A DNA stretch of 64,000 nucleotides from Octopus sinensis. Its lineage: Eukaryota. The notes below the pieces were generated by a model, which ran no database searches, was not told the origin of the DNA, and saw only the letters and a program-made list of their open reading frames with translations. Positions 62,691 through 64,000 of this stretch are shown in pieces (positions within the stretch are counted from its first letter, which is position 1; the number at the start of each line of letters is the position of its first letter). The DNA lies in contig NC_042998.1 of the NCBI RefSeq assembly GCF_006345805.1, forward strand, positions 61,132,001-61,196,000. Direction: 5' to 3'. Both the position numbers and the translations under genes were made by a program.

Positions 62691-64000
62691 CTGCAAAATA
62701 CACAAAAACAAGAACTAATTGCAACAACATTAGCAGTAATATAAATATAATAAAGAAACTTTATCAGTAGAGAAATAAGCATTGTTAAGAAACATGAACA
62801 GTATAAGACATTGTTCTCAGTTTTTAAAGATGTTGATAAAAATAACAGAGGTTGAAAGAAAGGATGAAGGTGGAGAAGAAATGAAAGACAAATTGAAAAT
62901 TACTTTTGGGAAAATTTTTGGTAAACAAATGGAAGGAAAAGTGTTTGTGTAGGCAAAAGTGTATCAGAGCCAAAAGAATCAACATAGATCATTAACAGTT
63001 ACACCATTTGCTCCTAACATTGAAGATCACCTGATAACATCACATTATCAATTCCTGAAAAGGGCATATGTAATGCCTCTCCTTCTCTGGCTATTTAATA
63101 TTTATAACATATCAACATGTAGACAGCAGGGATTAGACTACCAAACAATACTAGTAATATTGGCTGCAGCAAGACCAATGAAATACGAATATGATACCAG
63201 AATAATCTCAGCTACACAAAATGCAAAATATAATATTGTCTGATAGACATCGTATATTATAAAACACACTAGCTATAAACATGAACTAGGGTTCATGACT
63301 CATAGGAAATTTTGCTCTGGATCAAGGCCACAGTTTTATAGAGAAGTTGATAATGGAGAGGTCTGAAAGGAAACCAAGCAATGAAAAGAATTTTAGTTAA
63401 CAGGAAAGAAGACAGGAGTCACCAACATCTGGACCTTACATCTACAACAGTTAGGTCCTGAAGGAATCACTGCATCAATCAGTATCTTTATCATCTGGAG
63501 AGTTATCATATTTGACATGCAAGAAAGGTGGGTGGGGGTGGGGATAGGAATTCTATATGGCGTACCCATTATACATTAGAGGTATAGTTGGATCAGAGGT
63601 AGATTGACAGAGCGAAAGCACTTTGTATGTAACATTTTAGTTAGAGAAAAAAAAGTTAAGTGAAGAATGCACTGAAAGCTATTATGTTCACTGGCAACTA
63701 AGGGATTCCATGCCTAGATGAAGAGTAGATTGTATGATGTTTATTTGTAAAGTGTAATGCTGCATTGAATGCGGAGGATGTATAAAAACTGACAAGAAAT
63801 AAGGTAAGCATACTTCACTAGAAGTATGTTAGTATGAAGGAATGCTGGAACTAAGATGAGTTGGAAGAAAATGTGGATCTCAGAAGAATCAGAGATAGTG
63901 CACAAAAGAGATGATACAGATATAGAAGGAATATGGAAGATAAAGGTTCCAAGTGGAAAGAACCTATAGAAAACGATGGAGGAAGAGATGGAAAAGCATA

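Noticed and set aside
63240-63360. Possible upstream exon of the Death-domain gene after acceptor ggtttcctttcag
   Set aside because: All three frames hit a stop before any convincing donor.
63400-64000. Purine-rich stretch possibly from a decayed R2/NeSL-like LINE (similar hint at 44560-44720)
   Set aside because: Too degenerate to assign without a profile search.

Overview
AT-rich, microsatellite-dense animal genomic DNA. The SINE and LINE families look like those of an octopod cephalopod (Octopus); this is an inference from recognising the repeats. Most of the window is repeat-derived: three tRNA-derived SINE families, several RTE LINE families, R4/Dong-like (RLE) LINE pieces, a Tx1/L1-like fragment, Penelope-like elements (PLEs) with hammerhead-ribozyme-like motifs, mariner remnants and MITEs. 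One Ty3/gypsy LTR element (48788-51855) has both LTRs, a 4-bp TSD, a tRNA-Trp-type PBS and a PPT. Supportable host-gene sequence is sparse: the last two coding exons of NUB1 (+, 23822-23964 and 25540-25691), a terminal Death-domain-like exon (-, 62485-62690) and a candidate 39-nt micro-exon (+, 35636-35674). A 100-N gap at 19396-19495 is followed by a triplicated or fold-back segment that is probably an assembly artefact. The most unusual structures are: (i) a gypsy element whose gag-protease-RT region is replaced by an inverted copy of its own U5, (ii) an RTE LINE with a twin-priming-type 5' inversion nested in another RTE, (iii) several minimal hammerhead-like motifs, and (iv) a cluster of long inverted repeats that could form dsRNA. 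All long ORFs in the supplied track are transposon-derived or microsatellite noise, except 62485..62730.
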